Source: Sediminibacterium sp. (GTDB lineage Bacteria > Bacteroidota > Bacteroidia > Chitinophagales > Chitinophagaceae). Taken from it: DNA of 64,000 nucleotides. A program made the position numbers and the translations under genes. Under the pieces are notes generated by a model. It had not been told where the DNA came from. It saw only the letters and a list, made by a program, of their open reading frames with translations, and did not search any database. Positions within the stretch are counted from its first letter, which is position 1; each line of letters begins with the position of its first letter. Where the stretch lies: contig JBILRH010000001.1 of assembly GCA_044372715.1 (NCBI GenBank), positions 850 to 64,849 on the forward strand. The letters run 5' to 3'. Positions 48,962 to 58,259 of the stretch are shown one piece after another.

Positions 48962-50794
48962 ATGCTTTTATCCCATCTACAATATTTAAAGAAGTTATTC
49001 ATTCTAGCTTTATGCACGTTCTTGGTTTTGAATGCAAGTGCCGAGAGGGCCAAAGACAAAACTGATATTGAATTTACCTTATCCTTTAATGATCCTGCAA
49101 GTCATGTAGTTCATGTTGTATTAAAATATCAAGGAGCAAGTTCCAATGAAACAGTTTTTAAAATGCCTGTATGGACAACAGGTTATTATCAGCTCATGAA
49201 TTATGCTGATCAAGTTGCTCAGTTCAAAGTAACTGATATGCAGGGCAATCCAATAAGTTGGGAAAAACTAACATCAAACTCTTGGAAGGTATTTAATCAA
49301 GAAAAAAAATCATTTCAAATATCTTATGATGTAAAAGGCACTCGTTCGTTTGTAGCAGCAAATATTATTGAAGAAGAAAGAACTTACTTGTCTCCAGCCG
49401 GAGTAATGGTATATCCTGAAGGATTAATCAATCACCCAGTTAATGTTATCATTGAACCATTTCAAAAATGGAATACCATTGCAACAGGATTAACACTTGT
49501 TGAAGGAAAGAAAAATACTTATTCAGCTCCTGATTTTGATATTTTGTATGATAGCCCTTTTCTAATGGGCAGTAAGTTAGAATCATTGCCCCCTTTTTAT
49601 GTAAAAGGTATTCCACATTATTTTGTTGGGTACAATATGGGAAGTTTTGATAAGCAACAATTAATGAATGACTTACAAAAAATTGTAGAAGCTGCAGTGA
49701 ACCTGATGGGTGATATTCCCTATAATAACTATACTTTTCTTTCGATTGGCCCAGGTAATGGCGGTATTGAACATTTGAATTCTGCTTCAATTTCTTTTAG
49801 TGGTAATTCATTAAGTACCCAAGCAGGAAAAATTCGTACTTATAGTTTTTTGGCGCATGAATTTTTTCATCATTATAATGTAAAACGTATAAGACCAATT
49901 GAACTAGGCCCCTTTGATTACGATAAGGGCAGCCCAACCAAAATGCTTTGGGTTTCGGAAGGTATTAGCGTGTATTATGAATATATTTTATTGAATAGGG
50001 CTGGTTTTATGGGAGCTGATGATTTTTTGAATGCTTTACACAACAATATATTGGCTTATGAAGGAAAGCCAGGAAGATTGTATCAAACATTAACCGAAGC
50101 AAGCTATAATACATGGTCCGACGGCCCTTTCGGAAGAACCGGAGATGATGTTAATAAAACGATTTCCTATTATGAGAAAGGTCCAGTAGTAGGTGCCATG
50201 CTTGATTTAACTATTCGCAATGCAACAAAAAACAAAAAATCTTTAGATGATGTAATGCGTAGTTTGTATAAGGAATATTATCAAACAAAAAAGCGAGGCT
50301 TTACAGAACTTGAGTTTAGAAAAACTTGTGAAAAAATTGCAGGTAAACCACTACAAGAAGTTTTTGAATATACTTCAACTGTAAAAGAATTGAATTATAC
50401 CAAATACTTCGGTTATGCAGGAATTAACATAGATACAAGTACTAAAATAGTTGGAGGGTATACCGGACTTTCTGTTAGAGATCGAAGCGATTCTTTAGTG
50501 GTGACAGATGTAGCATTTGAATCACCTGCTTGGAATGCAGGTTTAAGAAGGAGAGATATTATAGCGTTACCAGAAAATGTACAAAAACCAACTGCAGCTA
50601 CTTTTACCCAAATAATGAGTGTAAAAAAAACTGGTGATCCAATTAGTTTACTGCAAATTCGTCAAGGGAAAACAAGTTCAGTACAATTTACATTAACTGA
50701 TAAAAAAAATCAGTCTTTTCAAATGAAGCAAAGCGCCGATCCTAATTCACTTCAACTTTCCATTAGAAATGATTGGCTAAGAACGACCCATTAG
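48962..50794 (+). CDS. M61 glycyl aminopeptidase-like peptidase with PDZ domain
   Basis: MPVWTTG, GGIEH, AHEFFH..NVKRIRP, LWVSEG, SYYEKG, PDZ SPAWNAGL. Confidence 0.9.
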   Translation: MLLSHLQYLKKLFILALCTFLVLNASAERAKDKTDIEFTLSFNDPASHVVHVVLKYQGASSNETVFKMPVWTTGYYQLMNYADQVAQFKVTDMQGNPISWEKLTSNSWKVFNQEKKSFQISYDVKGTRSFVAANIIEEERTYLSPAGVMVYPEGLINHPVNVIIEPFQKWNTIATGLTLVEGKKNTYSAPDFDILYDSPFLMGSKLESLPPFYVKGIPHYFVGYNMGSFDKQQLMNDLQKIVEAAVNLMGDIPYNNYTFLSIGPGNGGIEHLNSASISFSGNSLSTQAGKIRTYSFLAHEFFHHYNVKRIRPIELGPFDYDKGSPTKMLWVSEGISVYYEYILLNRAGFMGADDFLNALHNNILAYEGKPGRLYQTLTEASYNTWSDGPFGRTGDDVNKTISYYEKGPVVGAMLDLTIRNATKNKKSLDDVMRSLYKEYYQTKKRGFTELEFRKTCEKIAGKPLQEVFEYTSTVKELNYTKYFGYAGINIDTSTKIVGGYTGLSVRDRSDSLVVTDVAFESPAWNAGLRRRDIIALPENVQKPTAATFTQIMSVKKTGDPISLLQIRQGKTSSVQFTLTDKKNQSFQMKQSADPNSLQLSIRNDWLRTTH

Positions 50795-50871
50795 TACAGT
50801 CATTTTTTTCCCTTGATATCTTATTGTTTTCTTTTGTTGGCTACCAATCCATTCAATAATGAATATTCTAT

Positions 50872-52239
50872 TTATTTTATGATCGATTCATCAGGAGATG
50901 TTCCTTTAAACTTTATTTGATAAGGCCATTGTTCTTCTACAACCGGAGGTACTGGAGTAGCATCAGTAGTTCTTCTCCTCACAGCTATTGGCCAATGTTC
51001 TGTGGGTGCACCCATAACCACTAACCATAAGTATTCCGTATCTTTTGGTACTTTAAATTTCGCAATACCTTCGGTATCGTTATAAACATCACCATATACC
51101 CTAGTACCATCTTTTTTTGAGGCCATAAAACCATATCGCCATCCTGCCCTATCGATATTCACTTTATTAAATCCTTCTAATCCTGCAATGCCTTTAAAAT
51201 TGACCACTATTTTTGTTCCTGCTTTTGGTACTTTTAATTTAATACCATTGTATCCATAATTCTGAGGGCATTTTTCTTTTGTTATCACAAACCAGTCATC
51301 TCCAATTCGATTGAGTGTGGTAAAATGCTGGTTAGCATATCTACGAGCAACCTGATCTATTCGTGGCATATCCCAAGTAATAAATCGTCTTGAGGCATCA
51401 AACATTTCATCATTAAATTGTTCTTGACTTTGAAATGTTATACGTTTATATGTTGTAACAGGATCTTCTCCTTGTTTAGTGTTCCTACAAAATTCTCCAT
51501 AAAATTCTCTTCCACGTTTATTCGACCAATATTCAAATACATAGGGTGAATGATAGGTATTATAACTATGTAAAAAAGCATAATGAGTTCCTTTTAAATA
51601 ATCCACCAAATGGTAATTTTCAAAGGTCATCCACTCGGGATATACTTGCCAAAGCATATACTGGGCAGACATTTCACCAATTGACCCTCTTGGGCCCCCA
51701 CCATTATCAATGGAAGAAACATATTGGAACGAATGGCCAAGCTCATGCGCCAAAGCACCATAAGGTGGTTTATTCATTCTTGCTGCAGGTGTCCACAACA
51801 TACCAACTTTACCTGTTCCACCACCAAATGCAGTTCCTCCTTCGCCATTGATAACAAACAAAACCATTTTGTATTTGTCGGTAATTGAATTTCCTTTTTT
51901 AATGAGTTTTAGAGAGTCTACATAAAAACTATAAAATCGTTCGCATTCTTTTAAGGCCAATTGTGGATCAAATCTTTTACGCTCATTGGCTAATTCTGCA
52001 GGATTATCACCAAATTCTTTATGCCAAAAAATGGCAATATTATCCCCTTCTACCATTCTTTTAAAACTATAATCGCTTTCTTCTTTATTAAAATCATTAT
52101 TCGGTGTTATTCGCCAAATGGTATCAGCCAGGTATAATTGTTTATTGGCTTGATTTTTATTAGCCATTTCAGTTAATTGCGCTTTCAATAAATTGGGATT
52201 CACTAAAAGAAATAAAATTAAAACTTGTATTATTTTCAT
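50872..52239 (-). CDS. Secreted HExxH zincin-like protein (DUF6055-like)
   Basis: Signal peptide, ALAHELGHSFQ followed by GEMSAQ; PQNYGYNGI, GWRYGF, LVVMGAP. Confidence 0.65.
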   Translation of the reverse strand: MKIIQVLILFLLVNPNLLKAQLTEMANKNQANKQLYLADTIWRITPNNDFNKEESDYSFKRMVEGDNIAIFWHKEFGDNPAELANERKRFDPQLALKECERFYSFYVDSLKLIKKGNSITDKYKMVLFVINGEGGTAFGGGTGKVGMLWTPAARMNKPPYGALAHELGHSFQYVSSIDNGGGPRGSIGEMSAQYMLWQVYPEWMTFENYHLVDYLKGTHYAFLHSYNTYHSPYVFEYWSNKRGREFYGEFCRNTKQGEDPVTTYKRITFQSQEQFNDEMFDASRRFITWDMPRIDQVARRYANQHFTTLNRIGDDWFVITKEKCPQNYGYNGIKLKVPKAGTKIVVNFKGIAGLEGFNKVNIDRAGWRYGFMASKKDGTRVYGDVYNDTEGIAKFKVPKDTEYLWLVVMGAPTEHWPIAVRRRTTDATPVPPVVEEQWPYQIKFKGTSPDESIIK

Positions 52240-52283
52240 TGAATTATCATTTAGTAACTTAAAAAATTATTGGAACTAAAAAT

Positions 52284-53525
52284 TTAACTAAAACGATTAG
52301 GATCAAATGCTTTTATATTTATAGCTGTTGGTTCACCATTAGCAAGGTCTGCAATTAATTGCCCAGTAACAGGGCCTAGGCTAAGCCCCATCATTGCATG
52401 TCCTCCTGCAATGAGCAAATTATTGTACCGTTTACTATATCCAATATATGGTAATCCATCTGGAGAGCAAGGTCTAAACCCATACCATACTTTTTCTTTA
52501 GCTGGCATTTGCACTTGTAAACCTGGCATGTAATCCGGAACAGATTCTACAATGCCTTGAACTCGCTTCATATTTATTTGATCATTAACTGCCCCAATTT
52601 CCATAGTGCCACCGAATCTTATTTGATTATTCATAGGGGTAATTGCAACACGGGCTTCGCATAAAATAGCGGGAATGTTTAAATTATTTTCTTGTCCATC
52701 CACGTTAAAAGAATATCCTTTACCGGGCATTAGAGGTATACTGATACCAAGTGGTTTTAATAATTGAGGCAACCAGGATCCTGCCGCCATTATAAAAGTA
52801 TCTGCTTTTATTTCTCGATCTCCAACACGAATACTGTCAATATGTTGATTATTCCTTTTTATATACTGGATATCACCTTTGATAAATTCGGTGCCCGCAT
52901 TTTTTAAATAGGCCATTAACTGTTGGTTCAGCTTATTGGGATATAAATGAGCATCGCTTTTATAATGAACCGCACCTAAAACATCTAATGCTATATTTGG
53001 CTCTAAGGCTTGTGCTTCATCTGAATTTAATGAAACAACATCAAGCCCCATTGCACGTGCTTTCTCTGCTAAATGAATTTCTTCTTCTGCAACTTTCTCG
53101 GATTTGAAATACATTACAATGCCTTTTTTCTCGAAAGCAAAATCAAAACCGGGTTCTCTACTCAAATCTTCATATAACTTTTTGCTGAGTAAATTACTTT
53201 CCAATAAGTAGGGAGCCGATTTTTCTACGTTTGCAGCAGTAGCACTTTTAATAAAACGAAGACCCCATTGAATTAACTGCGGATTTAAAGAAGGCTTTAC
53301 ATAAAAAGGGCTTTTAGAATCGAACATCCAACGGATTCCTTGTGCCAAAATTCCAGGAGCGGCCAATGGCACAAAATGACTTGGCACAATCATTCCTAGA
53401 TTTCCATAAGAACAACTATCCAACAAATCTGTTCTATCAACAAGAGTTATATCCCACCCTTTCTTCTTTAGGTAATATGCAGAACTTAAACCAATTACTC
53501 CTCCTCCTATAATAACTGCTTTCAT
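52284..53525 (-). CDS. FAD-dependent D-amino acid dehydrogenase (probable cis-4-hydroxy-D-proline dehydrogenase)
   Basis: GGGVIG, SYGNLG, GKGYS, GFRPCSPDGLP, GHAMMGLSL; adjacent to the Hyp epimerase. Confidence 0.82.
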   Translation of the reverse strand: MKAVIIGGGVIGLSSAYYLKKKGWDITLVDRTDLLDSCSYGNLGMIVPSHFVPLAAPGILAQGIRWMFDSKSPFYVKPSLNPQLIQWGLRFIKSATAANVEKSAPYLLESNLLSKKLYEDLSREPGFDFAFEKKGIVMYFKSEKVAEEEIHLAEKARAMGLDVVSLNSDEAQALEPNIALDVLGAVHYKSDAHLYPNKLNQQLMAYLKNAGTEFIKGDIQYIKRNNQHIDSIRVGDREIKADTFIMAAGSWLPQLLKPLGISIPLMPGKGYSFNVDGQENNLNIPAILCEARVAITPMNNQIRFGGTMEIGAVNDQINMKRVQGIVESVPDYMPGLQVQMPAKEKVWYGFRPCSPDGLPYIGYSKRYNNLLIAGGHAMMGLSLGPVTGQLIADLANGEPTAINIKAFDPNRFS

Positions 53526-53539
53526 AATTTGTAAATAAA

Positions 53540-54541
53540 TTAGATAACCTGAAATCCATGTGCGTAAGGATCATCATCATCTATGATAATTGTATTGTAT
53601 CCTGTAATCTTGGCCCATCCCTCAATGCTAGGAATTATAGCTGGCTTTCCATTAATCGAGGTTTCTTCTTCAATTCGTCCTGTAAATGTTGAACCAATTA
53701 TACTTTCATGAATAAAAAGATCTCCTTTCTTCAATTTTCCTTTTGCATACCATTGGGCCATACGTGCAGAAGTACCTGTACCACATGGAGAACGATCAAT
53801 TGCTTTATCACCATAAAAAACTGCATTACGAGCACTTGAAGAAGGATTGATTGTTTTACCAGTCCAAAGCAAATGACTTAATCCTTTAATATTCTCATTT
53901 TCAGGATGAACAAACTGATTGGTTTCATTAATTAATTTTCTACAAACTCTACTCCAAGAAATGAGTTGATCTGCAGTAAAATGTTCTATTCCAGGAAAAT
54001 TAGGTTGAGGATCTACAATTGCATAAAAATTTCCACCATAAGCAACATCTACAAAAATCTTACCCAAATCAGGGCAATCAACTTCTACATTTTCAGCAGC
54101 AAGAAAGGAAGTAATATTGGTGAGTTTTACTGATTTTACTTTATTGCCTTCTTGTACATAATCAATTAATACAATACCTGCAGGTGTTTCAATTCTTAAG
54201 TGACCTGGCGTTTTAGGTTTCACCAATCCCTCTTCAATAGCAATTGTAATGGTACCAATTGTGCCGTGGCCACACATGGGCAAGCATCCACTTGTTTCAA
54301 TAAATAGAACTCCAATATCATTTTTAGAATCATGCGGGGGGTAAAGAATACTTCCACTCATCATATCATGACCTCTAGGCTCAAACATTAAGCCCTTTCT
54401 AATCCAATCGTACTCTTTTAAGAAGTGCAATCGTTTTTCCATCATGTTGTTGCCAACAAGCAAAGGTCCACCTCCAGCAACCAATCTTACAGGATTGCCG
54501 CAAGTGTGAGCATCTATGCAGAAAAATTTTTTATGCGCCAT
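53540..54541 (-). CDS. 4-hydroxyproline 2-epimerase
   Basis: Cys-Cys pair MCGHG / DRSPCGTG; EPRGHDMMSGS has Ser rather than the Phe of proline racemases. Confidence 0.92.
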   Translation of the reverse strand: MAHKKFFCIDAHTCGNPVRLVAGGGPLLVGNNMMEKRLHFLKEYDWIRKGLMFEPRGHDMMSGSILYPPHDSKNDIGVLFIETSGCLPMCGHGTIGTITIAIEEGLVKPKTPGHLRIETPAGIVLIDYVQEGNKVKSVKLTNITSFLAAENVEVDCPDLGKIFVDVAYGGNFYAIVDPQPNFPGIEHFTADQLISWSRVCRKLINETNQFVHPENENIKGLSHLLWTGKTINPSSSARNAVFYGDKAIDRSPCGTGTSARMAQWYAKGKLKKGDLFIHESIIGSTFTGRIEEETSINGKPAIIPSIEGWAKITGYNTIIIDDDDPYAHGFQVI

Positions 54542-54561
54542 TGATTAAAATAAGAATTTAA

Positions 54562-56151
54562 TTATACAATTGCATCTCGAGTAAGTACCCCATTTACTTT
54601 TCGCATAATTGATGCTTCATTTTCATTTCGCAAATAAATGGGAAGTAATGCTGAAGGAGCATCTTGATAACATACTGGTCTTACAAATCGCCTGATTGCT
54701 TCTGTGCCAACCGAAGTAGTTCTTGAATCAGATGTTGAAGGGAATGGCCCGCCATGAACCATTGCATGACAAACTTCTACACCTGTTGGCACTGCATTAA
54801 ATATTAATCGACCTACTTTTTGTTGAAGCATATTTGCAATAGGTTGAGCTTCATCCAAATCTGCTTTGGTGCCAAATATAGATCCGGTTAATTGCCCTCT
54901 CAACGAGTTTAGCGCTAATTCCAATTCTTTCTTATCACTACAAACCACAATTAAAGAAGCTGGTCCAAAAATTTCTTCTTGCAGCACTGGTTCATTGATA
55001 AAATGAGCAGCACTTACTTTATACAATGCAGGAGAACCTTTGTAGTTAATAGTTTCATCGGCACCTTCTAATAGAGTGCTAATATTAGGCAACCCACTAA
55101 TTTTCTTGCGCTCGCTATAATATGCATTACAAATTGTTTGATTTAACATTACACCAGGCACTGATGCTGATAATGCTGCAACCAATTCAGTAATAAACAA
55201 TTCAGTAGCTTCAGATTGCATTACAAAAATCAATCCCGGATTTGTACAAAATTGTCCAACACCAAGAGTTATAGATCCTGCAAGCGTAGTAGCAGTTGCT
55301 GCAGATTGCTCTGCAAGAATATTGGGTAAAAATACCAAAGGATTAATACTGCTCATTTCGGCATATACAGGAATTGGCGTTTTTCTTTTTTGAGTAGCCG
55401 TTGCAAAAATGGCCATCCCAGCTCTATATGATCCAGTAAATCCTACGGCTTTGATTGATTCATCAACAGTAAGGCGTTGACCCAACTTACTACCTTCTCC
55501 TATTAAGCTAGAGAATACACCATCTGGCATTCCAGTTTGCTGTGCAGCTTTTTGAACAGCTTTTGAAATAAGTTCGTTGGTACCAAGATGTGAAGTATGC
55601 GCTTTAACGATAACTGAGCATCCGGCAGCCAAGGCAGAAGCAGTATCTCCACCTGCAGTAGAAAATGCAAAAGGAAAATTACTTGCACCAAAAACAACAA
55701 CTGGACCTAAAGGTTGAAGAATCCGACGCAAATCGGTTCGAGGCATAGGTTTTCTATCTGGTAATGCTGTATCTATTACAGCATCCGACCAAGACCCTTC
55801 CCTCAGTAATGAAGCAAATAATTTTAATTGGTTCATCGTTCTGTCTCTTTCTCCAGTTAATCTTGCCAAAGGCAATCCTGATTCAAGATGCGCTCTTTCC
55901 AATAAAATGTCTCCGATCAATAAAATTTGCTCAGCTATTGCTTCTAGAAATAAAGCCCGAGTAAGATAATCTGTTTTACTATATACATTGAATGCAATTG
56001 TAGCTTTTTCAATGGCTAATGAAATTTCATCATCAGAAGCAATATGAAATTGCTCAGGCAATAAATCTCTTGTAATAGTACTAAATGCTTGAACAGTATT
56101 ATTTCCATTGGATAATGTTTCGAATCCAATGATATTTTTTCCTTCTATCAT
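54562..56151 (-). CDS. Alpha-ketoglutaric semialdehyde dehydrogenase (NADP+)
   Basis: FGASNFP, GGDTASALAAG, GFTGS, EMSSINP, GQFCTNPG, EEIFGP, HGGPFP. Confidence 0.88.
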   Translation of the reverse strand: MIEGKNIIGFETLSNGNNTVQAFSTITRDLLPEQFHIASDDEISLAIEKATIAFNVYSKTDYLTRALFLEAIAEQILLIGDILLERAHLESGLPLARLTGERDRTMNQLKLFASLLREGSWSDAVIDTALPDRKPMPRTDLRRILQPLGPVVVFGASNFPFAFSTAGGDTASALAAGCSVIVKAHTSHLGTNELISKAVQKAAQQTGMPDGVFSSLIGEGSKLGQRLTVDESIKAVGFTGSYRAGMAIFATATQKRKTPIPVYAEMSSINPLVFLPNILAEQSAATATTLAGSITLGVGQFCTNPGLIFVMQSEATELFITELVAALSASVPGVMLNQTICNAYYSERKKISGLPNISTLLEGADETINYKGSPALYKVSAAHFINEPVLQEEIFGPASLIVVCSDKKELELALNSLRGQLTGSIFGTKADLDEAQPIANMLQQKVGRLIFNAVPTGVEVCHAMVHGGPFPSTSDSRTTSVGTEAIRRFVRPVCYQDAPSALLPIYLRNENEASIMRKVNGVLTRDAIV

Positions 56152-56155
56152 TTCT

Positions 56156-57076
56156 TTATTTTAGGTGCAAATATTCAGGCAATGTTGGTCTAGTTGCCAA
56201 CGCTTTTTCTATTATTCCTTTTACCCTTACCAGCTCATCCCCTTTTAGTTTCAAACGTGGCGCTCTTACATTACTTGTTCCAATCCCAGTGTATTCTGCA
56301 GCCAATTTAATATTTTGAACCAATTTTGGATGAATATCTAACTCTAACAATGGCAAGAACCAACGGTAAATTTTTAATGCTTCTTCAATTCTACCAGCTT
56401 TAATCAAATTAAAAATAGCGACGGTTTCTCCTGGAAAGGCATCCACTAAACCTGCTACCCATCCATGGGCGCCCATACACAAACTTTCCATAGCCAAAGG
56501 ATCTACGCCAGTAAGAATTTTGAAACGATCACCAAAACGGTTAATCATTCTCGTTACGTTTGTAACGTCTCGAGTAGATTCTTTAACTGCTTGAATATTT
56601 GGAAACTTTGCCAGTTCTTCAAACATATCCAATGTTACCAAGATTTTATAATCTACTGGATTATTGTAAATCATTATCGGAAGCGAAGTAGCTTTTGCCA
56701 CAGATTTAAAATAATCAAGTGTTTCTGCATCATCCGCATAATAACGCATAGGAGGCAATAACATAAAGCCATCTGCTCCATTCTTTTCTGATTCTATAGC
56801 AAGTTGAATAGCTGCTTTAGTTGTTTGCTCTGCAATGTTAATGATTACAGGAATTTGATCGGAAAGAATTGATTTAGCAAATAACATGAGTTCAGTTTTC
56901 TCTTTATTAGAAAGTGAACTTGCTTCCCCTAAAGATCCTCCAAGCACTATACCTTTCACACCTGCCTTAACTTGAGCCTCTAGATTTATTTTAAATACGT
57001 CAAAATCTATTGAATCATCTTCTTTAAACGGTGTTAATAAAGCAGGATAAACCCCCTCCCATAAAATTGTAGCCAT
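56156..57076 (-). CDS. DHDPS-family protein, probable 1-pyrroline-4-hydroxy-2-carboxylate deaminase
   Basis: GSLGE, YNNP, KES motifs; first gene of the Hyp operon. Confidence 0.82.
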   Translation of the reverse strand: MATILWEGVYPALLTPFKEDDSIDFDVFKINLEAQVKAGVKGIVLGGSLGEASSLSNKEKTELMLFAKSILSDQIPVIINIAEQTTKAAIQLAIESEKNGADGFMLLPPMRYYADDAETLDYFKSVAKATSLPIMIYNNPVDYKILVTLDMFEELAKFPNIQAVKESTRDVTNVTRMINRFGDRFKILTGVDPLAMESLCMGAHGWVAGLVDAFPGETVAIFNLIKAGRIEEALKIYRWFLPLLELDIHPKLVQNIKLAAEYTGIGTSNVRAPRLKLKGDELVRVKGIIEKALATRPTLPEYLHLK

Positions 57077-57336
57077 ATATATGAATTTTAGTAAAAATAA
57101 AACCCCTTTCGAATATTGTGTTTTCGAGGATTAATTGATTCTATACAGATTTTAACTAATTTAAAGAAATGGTCAGAAGGGCCTTATCTAATATTCTTTC
57201 CATTATTTTAACTAAAATACACTAAACTTGATTAAAATAATTGCAAATACCTGCAACTTCATTTAAAATTAACTGTCTATCTATAAATATTAGAATAATA
57301 TGGCAAATTTAGTGCTATATTTAATTAATACTATTT

Positions 57337-58236
57337 ATGAAAATTTTACAATTTACCATTCCTGTTCCGGGCGATAAAAACATTATTGTTCGACGCGATT
57401 TGTTACCACATTTCTACAATCGACTTCATAGGCATGATGAAATTCAATTAACATGGATACAGAAAGGCGAAGGCACATTAGTTGTTGACAATAACATGCA
57501 CACATTTGGACCTAATCAAATATTTTATTTGGGTGCTAATCAACCTCATGTATTTAAAAGTGACCCAGCCTATTTTGCGGCTAAGAGTGTGCGCAAAGTA
57601 CAGGCTTTAACTATTCATTTTAACCCAAAAGGAAAATTGAGTAACTTCTTCGAATTAGAAGAGATGAATACAGCCAATCTTTTTATTCAAAAACACAACA
57701 ATGGCTTTATAGTACCAGATAAACATATTGCAGATGTTGCACACAAAATGCAATTAATCAGCAAATACGCTGGAATGGATCAAGTTCTTGCTTTTATAGA
57801 CTTAATGAAAAAGTTTACAACAATTGCAAACCTAAAAGAATTGTCGAGCATAATTAGCTTAAATACTGTTAGTGAACATGACGGTATCCGTATAAGTAAT
57901 ATTTACGATTATATAATGGTAAATTATTCAAAACAAATTACACTAGAAGATGTGGCTAAACAAGCCCATATGACACCACAAGCTTTTTGCAGATATTTTA
58001 AAAAACGCACTCACCATACCTTCGTTTCATTTCTCAATGAAATGCGCGTAAATGAAGCTTGCAAAAAACTCACATCTAGCGATTCCGATATGGTGAGTAT
58101 TTCAAATATTGCCTATAATTGCGGATTCAATACAATAACTAATTTTAATCGTGTTTTTAAATCTATAATTGGAAAATCTCCAAGTGAATACCTTGATAAT
58201 TATTTTAGATGCACTTTCGAAGAACCGGTAATTTAA
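57337..58236 (+). CDS. AraC-family transcriptional regulator
   Basis: Cupin HRHDEIQL; HTH LEDVA..AHMTPQAFCRYFKK, IAYNCGFN..NFNRVFK; divergent from the Hyp operon. Confidence 0.93.
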   Translation: MKILQFTIPVPGDKNIIVRRDLLPHFYNRLHRHDEIQLTWIQKGEGTLVVDNNMHTFGPNQIFYLGANQPHVFKSDPAYFAAKSVRKVQALTIHFNPKGKLSNFFELEEMNTANLFIQKHNNGFIVPDKHIADVAHKMQLISKYAGMDQVLAFIDLMKKFTTIANLKELSSIISLNTVSEHDGIRISNIYDYIMVNYSKQITLEDVAKQAHMTPQAFCRYFKKRTHHTFVSFLNEMRVNEACKKLTSSDSDMVSISNIAYNCGFNTITNFNRVFKSIIGKSPSEYLDNYFRCTFEEPVI

Positions 58237-58259
58237 ACCATCAAATAATTCAATCAATA

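Noticed and set aside
53540-54541. Proline racemase
   Set aside because: MMSGS motif and the operon context indicate a hydroxyproline epimerase.
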